In this document: positions 58,401 to 64,000 of the stretch, one piece after another | How positions within the stretch are numbered: the stretch's first letter is position 1 | Layout of the letters: each line of letters opens with the position of its first letter | NCBI GenBank assembly: GCA_963972255.1 | Contig: CAXATO010000017.1 | Span: 2,729-66,728, forward strand | Direction of reading: 5' to 3' | Source: an uncultured Magnetovibrio sp. | GTDB lineage: Bacteria; Pseudomonadota; Alphaproteobacteria; Rhodospirillales; Casp-alpha2 | DNA: 64,000 bases | Translations under genes and position numbers: made by a program | Notes under the pieces: generated by a model | Told to the model about the DNA's origin: nothing | The model's input: only the letters and a program-made list of their open reading frames with translations | Databases searched by the model: none

Positions 58401-61400
58401 GTTGAGGTTCTGCCCGCCGCCGCCATCGGCGCCGCCATGGGGAAAAGCTTCTTTGCCTATCTGATCGATCACCCCTTCACGTTGGGCAAGATCAACTTGG
58501 GGCTGGTGTCGTTGGAAAGCGCCAGCCTGAGTGCGGAACGGGATACGTCGAGCCGTTTCAAGATCACCGGCAAGCTCAATGCCCTGGGGCTCCCGTTCTC
58601 GCAAACCACGGCCTACCTCGACAACAAATCGGGACTGACGCTCGATTCCAAATCCGAGATCAATGTCGGTTTGCCGCTCGGCGTGCTGGGAAATCTGGCG
58701 CGCAGCGAAACCACGTTGCACTACGAACTGAACCCGTCCGGGCTCAGCCATCAGATCAAGCTCGACATGTCGACGGCAGCGCTGGGTTTCAAGGACTCGA
58801 TCCATTTCAACCTGGACGGCGACCTGACGGAAACCAACGTCTCGTTCCGCTCGACCCATCCTTGCGCGCGCTTTTCCTCGCAGACCACCATGGGGGCAGG
58901 GGACATCCGCAACCTTGCGCTCAAGGTCAATCAGGGAACGGCCCAACCCATCGACTTTGTCCAGGCCGTCAAGTTTCAGCCGAAGATCTCCCTGCCGTCG
59001 CCCAAGGACGCTTTGCAATGCGGCAGCCGCGTTGCCGGTATGGCGGCGGCGGCGGTCGACGTGGCGGCCCAGGGCCTGCGCGATGTGGCGAACGCGGCCA
59101 ACGTGGTGGTCGGCGCCGTTGGCAAGTTCGCCGGCGACATCATCAATAAGCTGCAGCAACTGGATTGCAAATTGCTGCGCCTGGGCGATTGCCCGCGGCC
59201 ATCTGACTGCCGGGGCAGCGAACGGTGGAACGACAGCCTCAAGCGCTGCTGGATTCCGGATAATTTCCTGCTGCGTCATTATTCCATTGCGAACCGCGAT
59301 AAAGGCTGGTGCGCCGACATCCGAGGGGCAAGGGACCAGGCAGGCGTGGATCTGATCCCCTGGGGCTGCCACGGCAAATGGAATCAAAGCTGGCGGTTCT
59401 ACGGTGATGGATACCTGCGAAACGTGAAAGGCGGCTGCATGGGCGCCCGCCGGTATCATGAAGGCGGTGTCGTGACCTTGGAATCCTGCAATTCGCGGGA
59501 AGTTCTGAAGATGGAATTCCTGACAACGGGGCAGATCATCGCGCACCGCAAGGATGGAAGCGGCGGGGCCTGCTTGGCCATCAACCGGGGAAAGATCGTC
59601 CTATGGGGATGCGGGCGCATCGGCGACAAGCATACGGATCTTTGGCTGCCCTTTGACCCGTTCAAGGGCCGCGTGGTCAATCCGGCGCTCGACCGGGAAT
59701 CCAAGGCCCTGGAAGCTGCTTTCAAGACGCCGATCAGCAACGATCCGCCGGTGCCGTTCATGCGCTATTGGAAGCGCAGCACGAATGAGTACTACCATAC
59801 CGCCGACCCGGAACAGTTCGGCAAGGGGCGCGACGGCTGGGCCTATGACGGCAAGGTCGGCATGATCTTCGCCAAGCGGGCCCCTGGAACCGTGCCTCTG
59901 TTCCGTTTCTGGCGAACGGCGCGGAAGGGGCAGAACCACGTCTACACGACCGACCCCAACCCCTACCGAGGCGGTCAGCGCGGCTTCAGTTTCGATGGTG
60001 TGGCGGGATACGTCTACAATCGTGACATCCCCAACACGGTGCCGTTCTTCCGCTATCACGAAAGCAATAACACCAACTACTTCTACACCGGCGACATCAA
60101 CCAACTGGGACGTAATCCAAGAGGGCCCTGGCGTTTCGAGGGAACCGCCGGCTACCTGCCCAAGGAAGAGCCGCCGCTGACACCGCCGGTGGAACCATCG
60201 AACCCGGTGCCCCTCGCGTTCGACAAAAATATCCAGGTCTTTCCAAAACCGGCCGAAGGCACGATGCCGCTATACTTGTACGGTCGCATCGAGAACCGTC
60301 GCCGTCAGGCACCCAATATCCTGTCGGGCGACTTCAAAGAATATGGCTACGGTTCGCCGGAAATCTATTTTGCGGGCATTGCCGGATATGTGTTCCCCGA
60401 CAAGCGCCCGGGCACGCTGCCGATCATCCAGCGCCGTTACGGCAAGAATATCGGGCTGGGGTATTATCCGGGACCAGACTACGGCCCGGGCAAGGATGCC
60501 AAGATCGTGCGTGTCGATCCCGTGCCCTTGCTGCGTTATTTCAATCCCAAGGCCAACGACCATCTGTACACCGCCGACCCGGCGCAGCTGGGTGACGGCC
60601 GCGACGGCTATATACGCGACGGCGTCGCCGGCGCCATCTTCCCGGGGCGGGTTCAGGGCACGGTGCCGCTTTACCGTTACTGGAACGGGGCCAAGCAGGA
60701 CCACATCTTCACCACCGATTTCCAGGAATTGTGGTACGGCAAGGACGGTTACGAGTACGTCGCCGTGGAAGGCTATGTCTATCCCAAGGAACAGAAGGGC
60801 AGCCGGGCGCTCCACCGCTACCGCAACGGGGCGAGCAACGACAATCTGCTGACCACGGACATCGACGAGTTCGGTGGAAAGAAGGGCGCCAAGGGCTTCA
60901 GTTACGTCAAGGTCGAGGGCTGGGTTCCCGCCGTCACGCCGCCGGGAGCCAAGGACCGGGTAGTCAAGTCCGAGCCTGAGATGATGTTGCGCTATCACCA
61001 TCCGGGCACCGGCGATCACGTGATCGCCCTCGGGTTCGGGGAAATGGGCGAGGGGGCGGACGGCTATGTCCTGGACAAACCCCTGGGCATGATCTTCAGC
61101 AAAAAGGCCAAGGATACGGTGCCGCTGTACCGCTATTTCCACGCGGCCAATAACGACACCTATTACACGACGAAGTTCGACGGTCTGGCCTGGGGCAAGG
61201 ACGGATGGACCTATCAAGGGATCGCCGGCTGGATCTATGACAAACAGCGGCCGGGCACGGTGGCGCTGCGCCTTTATCATTCGTCCGCCAATCGGGAACA
61301 TATGCTGGCGCGGGACGGAGATGCCAAGCCCGGGTATACGGCACAGTCCGTCGTCGGTTGGGTTCCGGAATTCCAGGCCCCCGGTGCCGACACGCCGGTG

Positions 61401-64000
61401 GTGCAATCCACGCCGGTGATCCTGGCCCGCTACGTCAACGCCAAGACCCGTGACAATCGCCTGACTGCCGGGGACAAGGAATTCGGCCGGGGGGCGGGCG
61501 GCTATGTGCCCGACCGCTACCTGGGGCACATCTGGCCGACGCGCGCCAAGGGCACGGTGCCGCTCTACCGTTATTTCAGCGCATCCAGGAACGACACCTA
61601 CGTGGCGACCGATTTTTCGGAACGTTGGTACGGGACCGACGGCTACGTTTATGAAGGCATCCTGGGCTACGTCCAGGCCAAGGAAGCACCGGGGACGGTC
61701 GCCCTTCATCGCTATGTCAACGAGGCCACGGGCGACACGCGGGTCACCACCGACTTCGCCGAACTCGACGGAAAGCGGGGCCGCGACGGCTATCGTTATC
61801 AGGGGGTCATCGGCTGGGTGAAACCGTTCACCCCACCGGGGCTGGACCAGCCGGAAAAAGCATCGAAGCCGGTGCCCTTCGTGCGCTACCGCGACAGGAA
61901 GTCCGGTGCCTACGTGCAAGTCGCGGGGGCCGAAACCTATGGGGCCGGCAAGGGCGACTTGGCGATCGAGCAGGCCCAGGGCCGCATCTTCAAGACCCGC
62001 GCACCCGGGACGGTGCCGCTCTACGAATACGGCCGGGGCAAAAGCCACGTGCGCCGCTATACCACCGATTTCCGCGATCTGCTGTTCGGTCGCGACGGAT
62101 TCGACTATCTGGGCCTGGCCGGTTTCGTCTATCCCGACGCCCGGCCCGGGACGGTGCCGTTATATCGGTTCGACACCCGCGACAACGGCGGCCATGTCCT
62201 GACCGTCGACAAGGGGGCATTCGCGGGCAAGAGCGGCTATGCGGGCGGCGGGATCATCGCCCATGTTCCGGCCTACGACGAGACGCCGTCACCGGCCTTC
62301 CGTAACCTTTATGTTGCAACCAACCGGAACTTCAGCTGCCTCAACGCCCAGGCTCAGGACGGCGGCGAACTCGACTCGCGCCTGTGCGCCGACGACGGCA
62401 ACATGCGGTTCACCTTCTGGTCCGACGGCACCCTGCGCCACGATCCCAAGGATTTGTGTCTGGGTACAAACAGCCAAAGCGGCAATGCGGCCGATGTGGG
62501 GACCTATACCTGCGATTATTCACCGGGCCAGCAATGGGATGTCCGCTGGAGCGGCAAGAAACCGTCGCGCCCGGACCCGGCGGCCCGTTTCCAGCTGGTT
62601 CACCGGCAGAGCGGAAAATGCCTGGGGTTGGCCGACGACAGCGCCCGTGACGAGGTCGAGGCCGTTCTTGTGAAATGCGCCGCCGAGGGCAAGGCAGGAG
62701 TTCAGTTCTGGAGCGCAGGTCAAGAGATCCCCGCTTATGTCCTGCCGGGCACGGACGCGCCGGTGCGGCCGTCGGACCCGGAACTGCTGGTGCGCTATGT
62801 CAATCCCAAGGCCAAGGGGGGAGATCATCGCTTGGTGCTGGGGCTGGACGAACTGGGCCGGGGCAAGGACGGCTTCTTGCCCGACGTCGTCATGGGCCGC
62901 GTATATTCGACGCGCGCGGCAACCGATCTGGTGCCGCTCTACCGCTATGTCGCGGCCAAGGACGGCGATCATATGTACACCGCCGATTTCCACGAATTGC
63001 GGTTCGCCACGGGCGGCTATCGGTTCGACGGTGTGCTGGGCTATGTCCAGGCGGCCAAGGGACCGGGATTGCTGCCTCTGCACCGCTACTTCAATAAATC
63101 CCGCCACGATCATCTGGTAACCACGGACGGGGACGAACTGGACGGCGCCAACGGCAAGAACGGGTATCGCTACGAAGGCGTCGCCGCCTATACCCCGGGT
63201 ACCGGCGCGGAGGTCCGCAAAGGCTGGGCCAAGGTTCACTTGGCCAACCGGGACGGCATGGTGTGCTTGACCCGGGACGGAGGCGGCAGTCTGTCGTCCC
63301 GCCGCTGCGAGGACGAGGGGGATCAGCCCCTGGCGTTCTGGACCGACGGCACGCTGCGTGACCTGAGCGGCGGCAAGTGCATGACGACCGATCGGGCGGG
63401 CACCGCACCGCCGGAAATGGCGGCCTGCGACAACAGTCTGGCCCAGCGCTGGACGCCGGAGTGGCAGGGCGGCAAAGCACCGGGACAGCCCGACGGGCGC
63501 ACCGCGATGCGGCTGTCCCATTGGCTGTCCGGGACGTGTGTGACACTGGCCGACGGATCGGGCCGCGACGGCGTGGCCGCCGTGATGGCGCCCTGCGGCA
63601 AGTTCGCCAAGGACGACCGCCGCGGCACCTGGTGGGCTCATGGCGGCGTGCCCACGTTCACCGCGCCGGGGGCGGACGCGCCGATGGTAAAAGCCGACCC
63701 CCAGCCGCTGATCCGATATGTCAGCGCCAAATCGAAAAGCGGCGACCATCGCCTGACCGTGGGGCCGGACGCCCTGGGTCTGGGGCGGGATGGCTATGCC
63801 ATGGAAACGGCGCAGGGTTACGCCTGGGCCGGACGGGCGACGGGCACGGCACCCCTGTACCAGTATCACCACAAGGCCACGGGCGATCATTTCTGGACCC
63901 CCGATTTCCGCGAACTGGGATACGGCGCGTCGGGTTACGCCTATCAAGGGGTCGCCGGGTATCTGCATGCGGACAAGCAGCCGGGGACGGTGGCGCTCCA
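49470..64000 (+). CDS. giant secreted repeat protein (>4,843 aa, 3' end beyond window): signal peptide, at least 7 novel modules of about 300 aa, at least 3 ricin-type beta-trefoils, and over 20 repeats of the YR.Y..DH.YT type
   Basis: Not in the ORF track. ATG 49470 is preceded by AAGGA at 7 nt. I translated frame 3 by eye to position 64000 without meeting a stop. The track reports no other + strand frame-3 ORF in this interval. Strong GC3 bias and protein-like repeats are conserved at the amino-acid level. Confidence 0.85.
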   Translation, partial: MRNNAARRDGQVRSRTRALTIVAALGAAGFLAVFPTDLSQAQTQESGAPALAAPSVTAPTVEAPKVAAPDAGAPSSVESELQQEITKAFKKSGLFKGLDLDRLGQDGKARTLKLSGNKGELEFFHLPEGAQDDNTTPSPAASDQQTPPQTQPGVPGAPTPAPVDKVESRPLDAPAPPSPTASGQGDDTVKGSYHFLHKRESLPLRLFADAAGRSGAIDLVLKDAVLIYSSEARETRLSKLSIPPATTRYLKKFITAKRRAMDLPAGGMIFARLVIRENSFLDNLDKALDFKEKEVLVQGHLSYRMFRRLVGLSVKPAKPDVTDDDIKLTFNLEGFRPPKIGRYVDAADLALTIAPDSNGRLDMTGTAAARFGFGARKVKAAGRLDFDAVSGDGEPVFRMTAKAGPRDLRNIKVDGAQAKEIDFLFSLDDAYVPKLRAEGYGERSGERIPIAGELDEEDGKDLFKLDGNTLEAVAGLDIPGFDEIKLGNVPKLTTGRAVSVDTIIRGQPAKLVIGPVTNNDAAYVALSVDGAGIEMLVPKSVLGDLGQVETGRAVFLYVPKGRGPPKLSDLPKPFRTLFEEFFTDKDLSSAKPGMNLFQASGFAEKHPFSTLLSLFRQGRANEGGIKIVGQIDPLVFDEPDESAAEAWRSGDARGRLKRVLATLRLRGEVSGLEGVGLSNLFRLADRAEFVFEGGSSGKVSAGLDFGGTLTLPGAKAPRYFEFAAAARSDGAFRWQGDEVDAQGEDIRGGQRVTLTGAIRNKRPVDLSLALAGGFRLGDLSRLQVPGLADLEIQDVYLSRKVISGALGQGNARSTITIVDKPDARLAVIDVSRGVRPAAYLPGLNRTPLAGLELPETAILIAGPGSGVEAIDSLPTAMAQSLKKTLEGGSIVLKPGISFLSRLSFDGDDPLARLARRLGVPITETAFLSGDIPAAVVKAVAGGRAPKVLAGLSLKAQLPRLTLPGLENLFKLSDVTELALTSDAAGAMELALKSGGTFTIPIVGRDEQVQVDARITGQGAQRMATVDIEAASKLHLTAEAPLDFKNLAKAKDFSVSIDNGLTLSDLLGTEVPGIGSLRLAEAKLSLGHVQGTLALGDTKFTVNLAALGGGGGGGNPLARLMTMEVSDLPGLSVIPGLGATPLADVRLGDLVFAYLPTLGGGGGDGLALDKLPEGIRHLAGRLSGPSGGSRLLPGLNLVSAVDPTKLGKLSDLLTKLGAGGGGKPFKLKAVMPGEALAFIRDKLPKGKSGGSGGAAAKAKKLAGTVVAKIIQKTDLTIPVPAIKLPGVGDYLSSRAAQIKLTGGEGANGAALTTAITGAFDFVLPGTPTSGNMDHEITLTLDAGRNLAAAVNGTGRLNNVAGQLTLSGSLATGGGRKADLALALDGEGLTLANVMGLNVPGLSDVALTKAAIRAGLVSGEIMVKGATFQATAFDFARDKKPALAVVAADLDAAQILPALAGTALDAATLERTTFLYLPQGRKETLSETGFPAELVGRFDLAKVGDGFNAELMARPKQGGQLADLLGGLGIRLTDPLEIEGRFNANPFTASGKDLIAAIDLTATLPTLSFNKIGPVAINFPSRPVLALKGSDTGLTTRVDTSIRFTLPGPGRVYEGDGSFTTEPMEGGKRRLTFAGSALDPGGRKALIEASLPLPGSPRDFRLKFSGEQTLSSLLGVDIPVIGDLNLKEVERDTDYLVAKIALKGFETTVGAFRTEGRWAVTLSAAGLKPSEFIPGLGSSPIAGLTLPQAVFTYIPGQSGDNKSLRLPFDVAALPDKVRTAVGPLLSPFGGGGSSFRPGLNLKSFLKPGDLPALKKLFAFTGSGGGQPLKLSGVLPVEVLKSLVSGGGGGGNSAIKTRAKEVVAGLVQKVDLETKLPAVNLPGVRDVVAFDDPMLRIQGLSENGKVALVTRITGDMQVTLPGVAPLALAGSLRLAARVDGVGLDVEGGSDRLRLTGSVDLNKADPRLQLAVASDITVQDLIGTSVPGIGDLALTDARIGSEVISGTVQLRGSQTTLAVFDFKKDKKPFVALVPESVDAADFIPGVRGTPLDNAKLTRGALVYVPGEKDAYPENDAYPDSVTAALKLVSRDGALPPSQGLRAGFIVEPKAESPLAKALAFVGVKEDTLEVAGVLPSIVLASRPGGTGRGLSGDALKQAVAAVDLEARLPAINLPGIDKVLTLGAPSFLIKGTPVTDIKGQSTGEVRLRVGMAGDLVLNLPGHALAFDGGIDIEKTTGGKAFRLAVRSTSTVNWDKAFGLPFLGLNNLALSGAIERTAEGRALLDASLSTMARLDKQEFEAVSSLTLKSNAAPELRFTIPGKIDVAKLPLIGGLKGINELSFANLWIGTGGLGGKVRIDKLGIGGEGAIFLHGGKPIALVKADPFKITDLVGNSGPASKFKQVLEGAAQISLPESVFAISTADLSNVPVGDLPAGLLSMVEGLMPKSGGDKRTLPFGAGVSLIAALSEENLPSAVRQVATRDVNIFKAVDGPLLLAGSLKGVFDGNLEARLDARLPNFKLPEGQPWRQLVSIDSVGAEGFLFVDVPKLQMGLGVNGNITLDVPRLSTPSKSDKLKFGGDLYTSFDAVSWAGSFKLAANMKGDWHQPFGISKNHTFRNPAILIGFDSEGSVEFGVGASAIVTGLGRKQDRTVTADADFLVNINFSTSIPLPKKLAVAYKVKGELSQWTSLEMMEANFKGVLGGPMANEVLKVLPDKKSRDAAKYLQTEILKRSIFDIIRVDELPLPTLSVVDPVIFFATPGAKIPGRDDTLDTMGVRVGGGAYMSLFGNKKRLGGTDLRLTLSDGLILKGDLADITLPPILKVQNAKVDIVANIKQLPHFKVSGNTDFLGAKENIDIEFSKDRIHFELERDLGRVIKTRFLAQTDSGDVLGAREFLVEADTKTEIDKLISDEVFPRMGIPKVVFDAIKSSTPIFIHGAKFRGKLVDFLKGGEVTLEVDHSFFGTRMKEPAVAKVKPAWASANPVEVLPAAAIGAAMGKSFFAYLIDHPFTLGKINLGLVSLESASLSAERDTSSRFKITGKLNALGLPFSQTTAYLDNKSGLTLDSKSEINVGLPLGVLGNLARSETTLHYELNPSGLSHQIKLDMSTAALGFKDSIHFNLDGDLTETNVSFRSTHPCARFSSQTTMGAGDIRNLALKVNQGTAQPIDFVQAVKFQPKISLPSPKDALQCGSRVAGMAAAAVDVAAQGLRDVANAANVVVGAVGKFAGDIINKLQQLDCKLLRLGDCPRPSDCRGSERWNDSLKRCWIPDNFLLRHYSIANRDKGWCADIRGARDQAGVDLIPWGCHGKWNQSWRFYGDGYLRNVKGGCMGARRYHEGGVVTLESCNSREVLKMEFLTTGQIIAHRKDGSGGACLAINRGKIVLWGCGRIGDKHTDLWLPFDPFKGRVVNPALDRESKALEAAFKTPISNDPPVPFMRYWKRSTNEYYHTADPEQFGKGRDGWAYDGKVGMIFAKRAPGTVPLFRFWRTARKGQNHVYTTDPNPYRGGQRGFSFDGVAGYVYNRDIPNTVPFFRYHESNNTNYFYTGDINQLGRNPRGPWRFEGTAGYLPKEEPPLTPPVEPSNPVPLAFDKNIQVFPKPAEGTMPLYLYGRIENRRRQAPNILSGDFKEYGYGSPEIYFAGIAGYVFPDKRPGTLPIIQRRYGKNIGLGYYPGPDYGPGKDAKIVRVDPVPLLRYFNPKANDHLYTADPAQLGDGRDGYIRDGVAGAIFPGRVQGTVPLYRYWNGAKQDHIFTTDFQELWYGKDGYEYVAVEGYVYPKEQKGSRALHRYRNGASNDNLLTTDIDEFGGKKGAKGFSYVKVEGWVPAVTPPGAKDRVVKSEPEMMLRYHHPGTGDHVIALGFGEMGEGADGYVLDKPLGMIFSKKAKDTVPLYRYFHAANNDTYYTTKFDGLAWGKDGWTYQGIAGWIYDKQRPGTVALRLYHSSANREHMLARDGDAKPGYTAQSVVGWVPEFQAPGADTPVVQSTPVILARYVNAKTRDNRLTAGDKEFGRGAGGYVPDRYLGHIWPTRAKGTVPLYRYFSASRNDTYVATDFSERWYGTDGYVYEGILGYVQAKEAPGTVALHRYVNEATGDTRVTTDFAELDGKRGRDGYRYQGVIGWVKPFTPPGLDQPEKASKPVPFVRYRDRKSGAYVQVAGAETYGAGKGDLAIEQAQGRIFKTRAPGTVPLYEYGRGKSHVRRYTTDFRDLLFGRDGFDYLGLAGFVYPDARPGTVPLYRFDTRDNGGHVLTVDKGAFAGKSGYAGGGIIAHVPAYDETPSPAFRNLYVATNRNFSCLNAQAQDGGELDSRLCADDGNMRFTFWSDGTLRHDPKDLCLGTNSQSGNAADVGTYTCDYSPGQQWDVRWSGKKPSRPDPAARFQLVHRQSGKCLGLADDSARDEVEAVLVKCAAEGKAGVQFWSAGQEIPAYVLPGTDAPVRPSDPELLVRYVNPKAKGGDHRLVLGLDELGRGKDGFLPDVVMGRVYSTRAATDLVPLYRYVAAKDGDHMYTADFHELRFATGGYRFDGVLGYVQAAKGPGLLPLHRYFNKSRHDHLVTTDGDELDGANGKNGYRYEGVAAYTPGTGAEVRKGWAKVHLANRDGMVCLTRDGGGSLSSRRCEDEGDQPLAFWTDGTLRDLSGGKCMTTDRAGTAPPEMAACDNSLAQRWTPEWQGGKAPGQPDGRTAMRLSHWLSGTCVTLADGSGRDGVAAVMAPCGKFAKDDRRGTWWAHGGVPTFTAPGADAPMVKADPQPLIRYVSAKSKSGDHRLTVGPDALGLGRDGYAMETAQGYAWAGRATGTAPLYQYHHKATGDHFWTPDFRELGYGASGYAYQGVAGYLHADKQPGTVAL
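50880..57130 (+). repeat. at least 7 tandem, diverged protein-coding modules of about 280-330 aa inside the giant ORF (approximate bounds)
   Basis: Anchor motif (D/N)(I/V)PG(I/L/F)(G/S/A)(D/S)L.L recurs at 50901, 51819, 52677, 53658, 54495, 55413 and 56233, a spacing of 820-981 nt. Conserved downstream blocks include FDF.(K/R)DKKP..A.V and L.A.LPAINLPG. Poly-Gly runs occur, for example at 52787-52807 and 54996-55013. Confidence 0.65.
59277..64000 (+). repeat. lectin-type repeat region of the giant ORF: ricin-type beta-trefoils (about 59277-59660, 62298-62727, 63222-63648) alternating with arrays of 45-50 aa repeats
   Basis: Trefoil regions carry paired Cys and Q.W-type motifs (NQSWRF, QQWDV, AQRWTP). 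The repeats have consensus TVPLYRY....(N/G)DH.YTTDF.EL..G.DGY.YEG..GYV. I counted about 23 units. Confidence 0.7.

Noticed and set aside
49470-64000. The giant protein as an RTX/LapA-type substrate of the ABC/HlyD module at 1-5291.
   Set aside because: - I saw no GG.G.D nonapeptide repeats; the poly-Gly runs are not RTX motifs.
- The protein has a Sec-type N-terminal signal.
- The T1SS-like genes are 44 kb away and look catalytically degenerate.
- An adjacent secretin is a more parsimonious partner.

This is not fully excluded, because the C-terminus is outside the window.
1-64000. CRISPR arrays, tRNA/rRNA genes, IS elements, integrases, prophage or toxin-antitoxin modules.
   Set aside because: I found no spaced direct DNA repeats, cloverleaf-like intergenic sequences, or transposase, integrase or phage-like ORFs. 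Intergenic regions are short apart from the promoter regions described.

Overview
High-GC (by eye about 60-65%) alphaproteobacterial-type chromosomal window, Rhodospirillales-like gene content. No rRNA, tRNA, CRISPR array, transposase or integrase was recognised. From left to right:

- 1-5.3 kb: a type-I-secretion-like module of two ABC proteins plus HlyD. The catalytic motifs of both ABC nucleotide-binding domains look degenerate.
- 5.3-17 kb: housekeeping genes, including a NUDIX hydrolase, a cNMP-binding protein, an alpha/beta hydrolase, a DUF502 protein, recG, sdhE, mfd, a DsbA-like protein and an MFS transporter.
- 17.1-22.3 kb: a visibly lower-GC islet. It holds an AraC regulator and a secreted protein with Cys-rich repeats, a helical region and a six-blade tectonin propeller.
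- 22.3-45.6 kb: three paralogous Liv-type ABC uptake systems, each with its own regulator or enzyme (XRE-cupin plus M20 deacylase; ScfR-like XRE/DUF2083 regulator; LysR plus TauD-like dioxygenase). A solute-symporter-fused histidine kinase operon sits among them.
- 45.9 kb to the window end: the most unusual locus. A divergent AraC regulator is followed by a small secreted protein, a lipoprotein secretin with a TPR N-domain, and one open reading frame running from ATG 49470 to position 64000 (more than 4,840 codons, no stop in the window).

The giant ORF is absent from the supplied ORF track, presumably because the track requires a stop codon. I translated it by eye. It encodes a signal peptide, at least 7 copies of an unrecognised module of about 300 aa with poly-Gly runs, and then at least 3 ricin-type beta-trefoil domains interleaved with arrays of 45-50 aa repeats of the type (Y/F)R(Y/F)...DH.YTTD...GY.YEG.

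No T2SS, type IV pilus, Tad, T3SS or phage assembly genes accompany the secretin inside the window. I therefore flag this as a candidate secretin-only export or display system for a giant lectin-like protein.

All family assignments rest on motif recognition by eye. No database search was run.
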